DNA of 63,239 bases, counting the filler, from Nemertoderma westbladi (Eukaryota > Animalia > Xenacoelomorpha): NCBI GenBank assembly GCA_032718475.1. It is 3 parts of 3 records of this genome, joined end to end, with 100 filler letters (N's around TTAATTAATTAA, not from the genome) between each part and the next. Parts side by side here need not be neighbours in the genome. Positions count along the whole stretch, not along the records: positions 25,555 to 55,898 come from JAUCBJ010002555.1; 2 more parts are not named here. One strand, written 5' to 3'. The first letter of the stretch is position 1; every line of letters starts with the position of its first letter. Made by a program: the position numbers and the translations under genes. The notes beneath the pieces are model-generated. The model saw only the letters and a list, made by a program, of their open reading frames with translations, searched no databases and was not told where the DNA came from. This document shows positions 37,620 to 48,077 of this stretch, piece after piece.

Positions 37620-38081
37620 ATGAAATCACTCAAAGCTTTAATTAAACAATTTGACGGGGATTTAAAGTTCTTATCTAACGCCTCCCTTAACCGTAGAAAA
37701 CCCTTCTTACGCGTCAGCGGAACCAATGAACCTATAAGTTTTCTAATTAATATTATTCTAAATGTATTAAATGGTAACGTAAAAATTCCTGAGCAAACAA
37801 TCGCGAGGTTAAAACGCCATAAAAAAACAATACGCGAGATCGCTAAAAAACCAATAGCCAAGTATCCCATCAGAATTTACCATAAACGATTGGTGCAAAG
37901 GGGCGGATTTATAAATCTACTAATCTCTGGTTTAATGAGTGGGCTTAACGCTTATCAGAAAATATCACCCATAATAATGGCTGTAAGAGGCAGAAAATTA
38001 GCCCAATCCCGCCGGGGGTATAGACCTAGTACCTCTGGTACATGCGTCAACCGTCAAGTTTCTAGGTTTCCCATCTACTGA
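37620..38081 (+). CDS. Polinton-type basic virion/core protein with GG|F cleavage-like site
   Basis: IILNVLNGNVKI...LKRHKKTIREIA...LVQRGGFINLLISGL: basic region followed by an amphipathic helix, as seen next to the ATPase in this element class. Confidence 0.6.
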   Translation: MKSLKALIKQFDGDLKFLSNASLNRRKPFLRVSGTNEPISFLINIILNVLNGNVKIPEQTIARLKRHKKTIREIAKKPIAKYPIRIYHKRLVQRGGFINLLISGLMSGLNAYQKISPIIMAVRGRKLAQSRRGYRPSTSGTCVNRQVSRFPIY

Positions 38082-38098
38082 GTGGCTACCTATCAACA

Positions 38099-38809
38099 AT
38101 GTCCCGAGAGCTGGCGATATCGCAGGAACCAATCACATCATACGACGCCTCTTTCAAGATGGGTTCGGCCATGATTATAGCGGGTCCAAGTTCTTCCGGA
38201 AAAACAGTGCTGGTATCAAAAATTGTAAAAAATAAAAATTTAGTTTTTGATATAACCCCGAAGCGTGTATTATTATTTTATGGCGCCACCCCACCTGAAT
38301 TCCCCGGTATAACACATCTATTCAAAGGTTTACCGCAAAAAATTAATTCTATTTTCCGCGAAAACGATCTAATTATTATAGACGACTTGTTAAGCGAAAG
38401 TAAGAGTGATGAGAGTTTGACAGAAAGTTTCACAAAAACCTGACATCATACTTCCTGTTTCATTATCTATATAACACAAAATTTTTTCAGTAAAGGGGCG
38501 GAAACACGGACTAGAAGTCTAAATGCCCAATATTGTATTTTCACAAAAAATCCCCGCGACGCAATTCAAATAAGTTATATAGCGCGGCAAGTGTACCCAA
38601 AAAATAGCAATTTTATTGTTCAAGCATATAGCGATGCCACACAAAAACCATTCACACACCTTCTTTTAGACTTTCATCAAAAAACGGATGATAGTATAAG
38701 AGTTAGGGGTGATATTTTCAACCCATTAGGGCAAACTGTTTATCAACCCACGAACACGAACTCTAACACACCTCACCAAGGCCCTGAGGCTCAGTCTATA
38801 CCACAGTAG
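38099..38809 (+). pseudogene. A32/FtsK-like DNA packaging ATPase (one internal TGA at 38441)
   Basis: Walker A GPSSSGKT, Walker B LIIIDD, then *HHTSCFIIYITQN...SLNAQY...KNPRD in frame with ORF 38591-38809. Confidence 0.9.
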
Positions 38810-38931
38810 CGACGCCGCGCGAAAACCATTTTCACACCTTGTTTTATACTTTTACCAAAATTAGGTTATTATCGGTCCATGAACGTGAACTCTAGTATAT
38901 AGTATTAATATATTAATAATGATATATAACG

Positions 38932-39418
38932 ATGAAAAATAACGAGATTAGCCTCGGAAATTTTAAGAAGTTGTATCTAGTTTCTACTTTATTAACGGAT
39001 ACTTATAATAATAATAAGAAAAGCAATAATATAATACAACCGCCAGATGGTGTGGCAATTTCATCCCCGAAAGCCAAACGATTGTTGAGTTATTTGATGC
39101 GATTCTCGCAAGACAGAGTACGGTGGAGTGATAATAATAAACTCTATATAGAAAATAAACTTATACCCGGAGCGAATATTGATCATTTGATTGAATTGCT
39201 GACTACAAAAAAAATAAGAAAAACACCAAAATAATTCCAGGACAAACAACATTTTTGGGGTTATTAAAACGATTAAGGATACCAAAATGATTAATTGGTC
39301 GCGGTTGGTTGAAACGACAAGGGGTCCGTGTGACCCCCTCCAACGCAAAACGCGTTGACGCGTGGAAACAATACGTAGGAGTACAATATATCGACGTGTG
39401 GAAACAAAACGCGGGATA
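38932..39418 (+). pseudogene. Conserved Polinton hypothetical protein, frameshifted
   Basis: KAKRLL...VRWSDNNKLYIENKLIPGANIDHLI matches a pattern recurrent in Polintons; end approximate. Confidence 0.5.
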
Positions 39419-39507
39419 ACATTGAAATAGTAGTATGTTTTTTGAACGTTTCATATTAAGTATTAACTGTCATTGCAAGTGTTTTCTACCGCGACTTGAC
39501 ACAACCG

Positions 39508-40599
39508 ATGGGGAGAATCGTAGAAAATCGAACAAACAAACGACTGGGACGAATATATTACGATGTTTCAAATGCTGCCGGTTTCGCGAGCGTAACCAAA
39601 CTAGCGAAAGCCGCTAAAGTTACGAGAAATCGCGCAAAGGAGTGGTTGAGCTCCCAACGAACGTATTCCCTACACGCGCTGGCTAGGCACCATTACCCGA
39701 CATCAAAAATTTTCACGGGCGGCATTGGAGATCTATATCAGGCGGACCTATGCGATATGCAACCCTTCAGGGTGGAGAATAATGGTTATGGTTACATAAT
39801 TACTTGTATCGATTGCTTCAGTCGCAAGGCATGAGCACTAGGGTTAAAACGTAAAACCGGTGTCGAAATTAAACGCACCCTAACCACAATATTCGAAGAA
39901 AGAAAGCCTAAAAGACTGGCGGTTGATCAGGGTACTGAGTTTGTAAATAAATTAGTGAAAGAATTCTTACAGAATAATAATGTTAATTTTTATACATTAG
40001 TTGCCAATTTAAAGCTAGCATCTGTGAGAGGCTGAACCGCACACTTAAGTCGAAAATGCATAAAGTGTTCACAAGGCGGCAAAATAGGAAATGGATCGAC
40101 ATATTGCCAAAGCTGGTAATTTCATATAATAATTCAATACATAGAACCATCAGTATGGCACCAAACTCAGTCAATAAAAATAATGAAACTGACTTATTTT
40201 TAAAACTATATGGCAGTGTGGGCCATCCCAATAAAAAGAAACGCCGCGAACAGTGTTGAGTTTATTTCAAAGTTGGCGATAAAGTGCGTCTGAGTTTAAC
40301 CGTGATGCCATTTTCCAAAGGATATACACCTAACTATACCTGGGAAATTTTCGAAATTTCTAGAATACGGATGGATCGAGAGCCGTACCCTATGTACGAA
40401 GTTATGGATGTGAATAGGCAGTGTTATTAAAGGGACATTTTATTAATATGAAATGAAAAAGGTGAAAGAACCGTTTGAGTTCTTACCAATTGAAAAAGTA
40501 ATCAAGGAAAAAGTAATAAACAAAAAAACAGGGAAAAAACAATACCTAGTAAAATTCGTTGGTTATGCGAAGCACCGGTGGGTTGATAGGATACAATAA
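39508..40599 (+). pseudogene. Retroviral-type (rve) integrase with C-terminal chromodomain; disrupted
   Basis: IYYD...GF, QADLCDM, IDCFSRKA*A, VDQGTEF, ERLNRTLK, YNNSIHRTI, FKVGDKVRLS, IEKVI...YLVKFVGY. Confidence 0.9.
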
Positions 40600-41484
40600 T
40601 GGATCGCTTACATTTGACATTGACTTCTGACACCAGTCTAGATAAATATCCTAACAACACACCGAGCGATTTTACAATTGAATTGTCCAAACCTATCCCC
40701 ATTACCACGGATTGGGTTGTGGGCCTAAAAGAAATACAATATGTATCAACTTATAGGAATATTGAGCAAGGATCCGGAATTAAAATTGGTGAATACATGG
40801 AAGATGTGGATATACCATTCCACATTGCCCTGTATAATCTTATTGAAATCGATCTTAATCATGGGCTGTATGCTTCCGTTGAGTCAATTATATATTATAT
40901 TATGGTATATTTGAAAAAAAATTCCGTAGCACATCATGGTTTCTCCGATGTTAAGTTTAATTATCACAAGCACACATCGAAAATACATTTGCATTCTATG
41001 AAAGGATGCTATTTCCAATTCTACGGGGATTTAATAAATATATTTGGCTTATCGTCTTTAAAAAATAACATACTTGGTCTTGGCGCGTTTTGGTCAATAC
41101 ATTACAACCCAGAAGACAACTTACTAAGTTTAGGCTCTAGAAATTCAGACAAAAATGGAATTGAATTTCCTGAACCCTGCGATATAACGAGGGATAGACA
41201 TACAATGTTTATATATACAGATATAATTGAATCTTCCCACATGGGGCATTCTATGGTTCCTCTTTTGCGGATAATTCCGTTAAAATGGCAACCATACTCA
41301 TTTATAAGTCAAGAGTTCGAAAACACTCATTACAAACAGTTAAAAAATCAAAAATTTGTTAATAAAATTAGTATAACGCTTCGCGATCATAAAGGAAAGC
41401 ATAGTGTTTCACGGCGGTAAAACAATTTTAGTTCTAGAACTAAAAAAACAGTCGCAATTACAAAACTGGTATAATGATGAATAG
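40599..41484 (+). pseudogene. Minor capsid (penton-like) protein 1; frameshift near the 3' end
   Basis: LTLTSDTSLDKYPNNTPSDF...WVVGLKEIQY; IYTDII...VPLLRII; ISITLRD..G / F.GGKTILVL in a shifted frame. Confidence 0.78.
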
Positions 41485-42280
41485 TTAATATGTTGTACTA
41501 ACTTCAAACGCGAACCCAATAGAATTTCCACTTAATAATGCTAGCGATTTCCAAACAAATTTACAAATTCCTTTACCTATCGCTAGAGGGCAATGGTTAG
41601 TAGGTTTGACTAGTATAACCTACATATCTAGTATTCGTCACGATAATAGTATCATTTATATAAAGGCTATAAAAAATAAAAAAATGGATACAAGAGATGT
41701 CACTCTCCCAGAAGGGTCGTTCCTGACATTGGAAAGAATCATTGAGTTCTTCAACAAAAGCATTATTAAAGCACAAATTAATATAGTTGATAATAGAGCG
41801 AGGTCAGGTGATATAACTATTCATTTCAAAGGGAAACAATGGGAAATATTCGTTAGCAAACGTTTGGGTGGTTACCTAGGATTAATAGAGCACGATATTG
41901 ATAAATTAGGTTTCAAGTGCGTAAAAACCGACGTCGGAGATTATAATTTAATTAGAATTAATCCGCGGAATAATAAGTACCAGTGCCATAAACATCCCGA
42001 CGCAGTCGAGATACTAGACCCTAACATAAATATTCACCTTAATTGTGTTGAATCTCAATTTGTGGACAATAACGAATATCGGCTGTTGCGCACCTTACCA
42101 TTAGAAGGGGAATACGGCGAAGTCATTACTAGGGAAGTTAAACAGATATACTATAAAAAACTTAAAGTAACATCTAATTTACGCTATATACGGGCTAAAT
42201 TGGTTGGGGATTCGGGTGATCTGATGCGCTTTCATTATGGAAATTCAATATTGACGCTTCATTTTATACGAATTGACTGA
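41474..42280 (+). pseudogene. Minor capsid (penton-like) protein 2; early in-frame TAA
   Basis: YVVLTSNANPIEFPLNNASDF...WLVGLTSITY; VESQFV...LLRTLP...F.YGNSILTLHF. Confidence 0.75.
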
Positions 42281-42354
42281 GATAGTCACAATTTAATCGA
42301 TGCAAATTATTTATTATTTATTCTTATCTGATTATCTGAAGTAATAGCGACTAT

Positions 42355-42948
42355 ATGGATAAATTTCTAAGTCGCAGCCGCGGTCGTGATTATTACCCGA
42401 CGCTGGAAAACCCAGGAATAATAGTAGATTTCCAATATTATACGCATCATCCGCAGATCGGCCAACACCCCGTTGCAACCATTTATTTTAAAGAGTTTGC
42501 GGCTTATAATACTACCATCAAATCATTAGAAAACGTATGGTTTATTAATGGACCGCCTGCAAAAATTTTAAGTTTAAGCGAATACGATTGTCTCACACAA
42601 CTCGCCAATATTACGCATCACATTAATTTTGACTACGGATTTATGGACCAAAGCGCATTTAAAATGTACATACAGGAATGGTTACAAGAAAAAAAACGGT
42701 TGGGGTTTCAAATATTAATACGCGGAATACCGAAATTATTTATTTTAAAAAATGAATTTAATGTGAATGGAACACTTGTAGAAACGTACGGCATAAACGA
42801 AAAATATGTCGATTATGACACCAAATGTCTTTTCCATGATTATTCGGCAATAACAAATTGTGCCTACCATTCTGATAAAGATTCTTGTTTTAATTACTGT
42901 TCTATGAAACTCACAGTTGGTTATGGGAAATGGTTGTCATCAAATTAA
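42355..42948 (+). CDS. Polinton-associated DEDD/RNase H-like fold protein (197 aa)
   Basis: IIVDFQ...FKEFA...HHINFDYG...ILIRG..K...C.YH...C pattern; intact ORF. Confidence 0.5.
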   Translation: MDKFLSRSRGRDYYPTLENPGIIVDFQYYTHHPQIGQHPVATIYFKEFAAYNTTIKSLENVWFINGPPAKILSLSEYDCLTQLANITHHINFDYGFMDQSAFKMYIQEWLQEKKRLGFQILIRGIPKLFILKNEFNVNGTLVETYGINEKYVDYDTKCLFHDYSAITNCAYHSDKDSCFNYCSMKLTVGYGKWLSSN

Positions 42949-44547
42949 TGTGTATATATTTATTAATTATATTGTATTATTATGTGGTACATATATTATT
43001 TGTTGATTACACATATACGTATGTAGTAAAGAATTATTATTATACGTTATAATAAATACTCATAATGTAAAAGCTTTTGCGTAATTAGTCGGTTATTTTC
43101 CCGTAAAGTACTTTGTAGTTGGTTTACCAGGCATAAAAAGGCCGTGTCCTTGCTGTACTGGTGTTTTAGAGGACATAAAAGTCATTTCTTCTGTATATGT
43201 ACTTTAAAGGACATAATCCGTAATTTCGTGACGCAATAGCTGGATACTCTTGAAAACAGTGTCGCTACCATGACGACGGCTAACAGCTGATATTGCCACA
43301 TCGAACATTTCTTTGTTTCTTTGTTCTCTCTTGTTCGGTTGACCAATCAGAGCGCTTTTTGACTCTGTGTTGGAGATTGTATACAGAAACTCATGAATTC
43401 AGTGTTATGTTTTTGCCCAGAGCCTAAGAACACCGGCTTTTGGCACCTCCGTGTTTCAGTCTTTTAGCTTAACATTAGTAGGCTTAATTATAGAGTGTAT
43501 ATCTGTTATCAGTACACTACTCACTTAATAATCATTTATACTTTAACTTTACTGCTTTTACTAGTCGGTTATGCATTATATTTGTTGATGGAATATTATA
43601 TCGGAATACTGATCAACATTCAGACACCCCAATCTTCTTGATATACTAAAGGTTAGAGAGACCGGTTACATATAAACGATTGCGACCTATGTTAAGTGGT
43701 TTGAAGTGAATCTAATGCTATTTCATAAGCTCGACATAAATTGTCTGTTGCTCTCTTTATACGTGACTAAATTTAGTAAAGGTCGGCAGATTAGTGTGCA
43801 GTATCGTGCAGCATTGTGTATGATTATAACTGATAACAAAGCATCTCCTAAAGAATGCGCCATATACACAAATCTATAGCCATTTCGTTGTGTGTGGTTT
43901 AAGTCATAACTCTGTTTACATATTTAGAGCGCCACGCCCTAAAGGAACTGTTAATATTTCCCGAAAGTGAATAATATTTGTCAGAGATTATATATTACGA
44001 TCAGTCGAATAATACAGTAGGCTTACACCATCAATCAAGTTAAGCTTCCGAATTCAGTCTCCCGGGTATATCCAACGGGTGAATGATTGCGCACAGACTG
44101 GCTTCGGCTAATGTAGTGTATCAAATACTCTTCATAGGCTAAAGACTATCTATCATCCAAAAGACATCCCAATTTGGTAGGTTAAACTGCCAAAGGTCTT
44201 AAAAGCGCAAACAATAACAGATATTATACTTCTGATTGCGGTGTAGGCAATAAATACAGTTTAATATTGTTTTGGTAAAAACAATAACAGATATCGCTTC
44301 TAGATTGCGGTGTAAGCTATCTAGTCGAAAGTACCGGTCGACCGGTAACCAGTAGGCCTGACTGCCTGATCATCCGGACCGGTACCTACAGCAGTACAGG
44401 TACAACAGTATTATTTCGATTGTGATATTGTGTTAGTAGGCTGCTTAAGAGATTAGGGACTGTACACCCCTTGTCTCTTCTGGAGCTTATTTATTTCTGT
44501 CAATTTTATTTACTAGTAGGTTGATATTGAGCAGAAGGCGTGTAACC

Positions 44548-45130
44548 CTGCTCGGATCGTACAGACAATTTGTAGGCTGGACTGTTGTTCTGACTGTTGA
44601 TTAGGTCTGAACGGATTGCAGTGCATGTAGAGTGTATGTCCGATAAAGAACGGTTAGGAAGTAGGGGCAGCCATAGCGGTAAGGTAAACCCCCATCTAAA
44701 GAATAAGTCGTACTACTGGGTTAGAACGCATACTACCTAACCATTTCGGAGTCTGCATGTCCTGTAGTTTATTTAGGCTTGATAGGAGTCCGCCAGCGTT
44801 TGGTCGGTACTTTGTTTGTGTAGTCTGTACGGGTAGCGTATAATTTTATTTAGATAATTTGTAGGCTGGATAGTTGTCTGGTTGTTGTTGGGTTTGAGGA
44901 AATTTCGGTGTGTGTAGAGCATCTGTCCGATAAAGTGCTAGTTGGGAAAGTAGGGGCTTCAAGTGCTGTGAGGTAAACCCCCTGTGAAAGAATAAGTCGT
45001 ACTACTGGGTTCGAACGTATACTAACTAATCATTTCGGAGTCTGCATATACCGTAGTTTGTTTAGGCTTGATAGTAGTCGGTCAGTATTTGGTCTGCATT
45101 TTGTTTGAGTAGTTTGTACGCGTAGCGTAA
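44548..45130 (+). ncRNA. Duplicated ~285-nt putative structured RNA element (long G-U-rich hairpin)
   Basis: Two tandem copies, each with nested complementary segments and compensatory changes between copies. Confidence 0.5.
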
Positions 45131-46094
45131 TATTTATTATTCAGAGTTTATGCTATTATTCGCAACATTCATTCCCCAAGTTTATTCCTACAGTAATTGT
45201 GTCTGTTATACATACCGTTATAGTTAAATTAACCCCGGTACTACATCAGGGCTGCTCGGCGTAGGTAAAGACTGGAGATTGTATGCATTGGTCACTCCGG
45301 CAGATACTGTGGTTCTTTTTGCTGTTCAAGTATTTTTAACGACTGATTATTTGTTGTACAAGTATTTGTACCTAATTTAGGGTTTAGTGTACAGTGCTTT
45401 CCGAAGGTAATTAGCGTGTAGGCAGTGTATTTGTGTTGTAAAGTGGTTAATAGGCACGTTGGTTCTGGTAGACCGCGGTAATTAATCTCTAGGTAGGAAC
45501 ACTCCGTGATACATAACGTAGTACCTATAGCGATACGGTTATAGGTCGTCAGGCGGTGGTATTTTCCTATCTGGACAATGCAGTATATTTACTACTACTT
45601 ATTATTTTCAAATACCGTAGTACCCTGTCCGTTGTAATAACCAGGTATTCTAACCCTTTGTTAGGCTGGTTAGTAGACTTCTTGTAAAATTACCCTAAAA
45701 ATTCGTATTTGTGTATTTGTAATTAAATTTTTGTGTTTATTTAGAGATTGTAATCTCAACCCGAATTGTACGTAATTTGTAGTATTAAGTAACTTAGGTA
45801 AATTAGAATTATTTGTTTTAGTGTCCAACAAGTAGCACTCCACTGAGAGTGCACAGCTTATGTGTAGTGACTCCCCCAGAAATAATAACATTTATTTCAA
45901 ATATTGACAAAACCCATTAAACAGGTATATATATATTATAAATCAACTCAAACGATTTATAAATAGTAGGCCTGCCATACAAAAATTAGGTCTCAATATC
46001 AGTTGGACTACTGCTTAAATAACGGTAATAAAGTAAGTTAAAGTAACCAAGTAACCCTTAAAATTCAGAAATTCAATTATTTAAAATAATTGAC

Positions 46095-46465
46095 ATGCCG
46101 GTATTCACGATAGGCTTATTATATTTATTTCTATAAATTTAGGCTGAAATCATACCGGTATTCTGCAATTAATTCTAGTTAATAATTATATTTATATATA
46201 CTATAAGTGTAAACTGCATACCGGTATCCACGATAGGCCTATTATATATTTATATATTTGTGCTAAAATTATATACTGGTATTCTGTGAAAAACTTAGTC
46301 TGTAATTATACTTATATATATACATTATAAGTGTAAGCTGTATACCGGTATTCACGATAGGCCTATTATATATATAAATTTAGGCTGAAATCATACCGGT
46401 ATTCTGTAATTAATTCTAGTTACTAATAATACTTATATATACTATAAGCATACCGGTATTCTAAT
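46095..46465. repeat. Tandem array of 7 units with palindromic ATACCGGTAT core
   Basis: Cores at ~46095, 46152, 46218, 46273, 46342, 46393, 46450, with alternating unit types. Confidence 0.85.
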
Positions 46466-46592
46466 ATTATATATATCACGCTACACTGAGTAGCAGTATC
46501 GGTAATTAATTACTAGGCTAGTAGTTAATACTGAATTACTAGACTTGCTTAGACTGTAATATAGCAGTAGGCATTCAACTGTGCACACAAAC

Positions 46593-48077
46593 ATGTCTGA
46601 TACTAAGCAGAACCTGTCAGACAGTTTGTTAGATGTAACTATCTGCGACTCAGATAGGGGTGTAGAACCGTCTAGACCTAAGTTCAGTTCACCTCCCACT
46701 GTGAGGAAGGTCCTCCCTCCTGTAGTAATATCAGACCCTAGGCTAATCCAACACCATAGGTCTGTCATAGGCACTCGAGCTCAGGTCAAGCGGGACCAAG
46801 AAGCAGCGGAACAGCAACAACCCGCGAGCCAAGAACTTGTTTCTCAGCGGCCCGACAGCTCCAGTAGTGAAGATACTGTAGAGCTGACACCCGAGCGCGG
46901 AGCAAAGATGACGGATGCGGTTTATTCGGATCCACTTCTCATCCTTCCTGCAGCCGTACTCACTAGGATATTGATCGTGGTGGAAGAACACCAGATTGAT
47001 TGGGCGAGAAGTCAGCGATCAACTAAAGATAGTTATGCGGGATACACAAGGGAAGAACTGAAGTCTATTGTCGAGTCGCAATGGAACTTCCCCGGACCCG
47101 GACTCCCGTTTGATTTATCAGAAGCTGCCTGGGAAGATATACACAGGATGGGAGTAACCAAGGAAACCATCGATCCAGCTGTGTGGAAGAGGTCCGCAGC
47201 CAGATACGCACAGGGATTCTTCAGCTCCATGAAGCGATTAGAAGAACAACTGTTTCAACAACCACAAGGACCTCAAGAGCAGGGAGAGCTGCTTTATCAA
47301 GTTAGAGAAAGAATTCTAAGAATCAGACTAATCTTATCTGCCTTTGAGGAGGCTTCGAAAAGAAAGCAAGACACGTTGTTGCAAGTTGCCGTAAAGACTT
47401 GGTTACAGCGGGTGAGTCTCCAAGTTCAAAGAGCTGCCCCGTGGAAATCGCAGTTAGATGAGCGCTCAACACTTGGGGAATCCACAGACGCTACCTTTTC
47501 CCAAGTGGAAAGTGAAGCGACGGCAGAGAAGCCGCATAAGAGGGATGCCATTGACATCTATCTGTCGGACTATCAACGTTTTGTAGGTGATGAAGAGTTG
47601 AGGAGAAGACTAGAGGGGCTTAGCCCTAATAGTGAAGGAGCCCAGCGTGTGTTGGACGCAATCGATGTGGATAGGTTAGCTGCGAACCAAGCTAAATTCA
47701 ATGAAAGCATCCGCATCGCTAAGGTTCAGGAAGAACAAGTAAAGAAAAAACGTATAGAAGATAGAAAGACAGCAGCAGCGGCAGTGGCAGCGGCAGAAGC
47801 AGAAAGAAAAGCGGCAGAAGTGGATAGAAAAGCGGCAGAGGCAGTGGCAGAGGCAAAAGCGGCAGCGGCAGAGGCAAAAGCGGCAGCAGCAGCAGTAGAA
47901 GCGGAAAGAAAGGCGGCAGCAGCAGAAGCGGAAAGAAAAGCGGCAGAAGCGGAAAGAAAAATAGCAGTGGCAGAAGCAGAACGGAGGGCATCTGAAGAGA
48001 CAACCCAACTAGAGTTGGAAAATCTTCAAGAGAGACAAGACAACTTTAATAAACAGTTAACAGCTAGTAATATGTAG
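46593..48077 (+). CDS. Coiled-coil ORF upstream of and in frame with gag
   Basis: ~494 aa with AAEAERK repeats; its TAG is directly followed by the gag ATG. Confidence 0.6.
   Translation: MSDTKQNLSDSLLDVTICDSDRGVEPSRPKFSSPPTVRKVLPPVVISDPRLIQHHRSVIGTRAQVKRDQEAAEQQQPASQELVSQRPDSSSSEDTVELTPERGAKMTDAVYSDPLLILPAAVLTRILIVVEEHQIDWARSQRSTKDSYAGYTREELKSIVESQWNFPGPGLPFDLSEAAWEDIHRMGVTKETIDPAVWKRSAARYAQGFFSSMKRLEEQLFQQPQGPQEQGELLYQVRERILRIRLILSAFEEASKRKQDTLLQVAVKTWLQRVSLQVQRAAPWKSQLDERSTLGESTDATFSQVESEATAEKPHKRDAIDIYLSDYQRFVGDEELRRRLEGLSPNSEGAQRVLDAIDVDRLAANQAKFNESIRIAKVQEEQVKKKRIEDRKTAAAAVAAAEAERKAAEVDRKAAEAVAEAKAAAAEAKAAAAAVEAERKAAAAEAERKAAEAERKIAVAEAERRASEETTQLELENLQERQDNFNKQLTASNM

Larger units (their letters stand above)
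28245..42948. mobile_element. Degenerate endogenous Polinton/Maverick (adintovirus-like) element
   Basis: Compact intronless array: pPolB, A32/FtsK-like ATPase, chromodomain rve integrase, two penton-like genes. Many stops and frameshifts. TIRs not found, so the bounds are the outermost ORFs. Confidence 0.9.

Noticed and set aside
28245-40300. TGA recoding in the viral element
   Set aside because: Many internal stops are TGA, but they align to different expected residues (W in the integrase, probably S in the ATPase), and TAA stops and frameshifts also occur. Ordinary decay or sequence error fits better.
44548-45130. SRP RNA or hammerhead ribozyme
   Set aside because: Size and rod shape are suggestive, but I found no SRP helix-8 motif and no CTGATGA...GAAA core on either strand.
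46095-46465. CRISPR array (also 22243 and 62744)
   Set aside because: Eukaryotic context, spacers are themselves repeated, and there are no cas genes.
47676-48008. Cys-rich and Leu/Pro-rich minus-strand ORFs
   Set aside because: Antisense shadows of the GCA/GAA-rich coiled-coil repeat.
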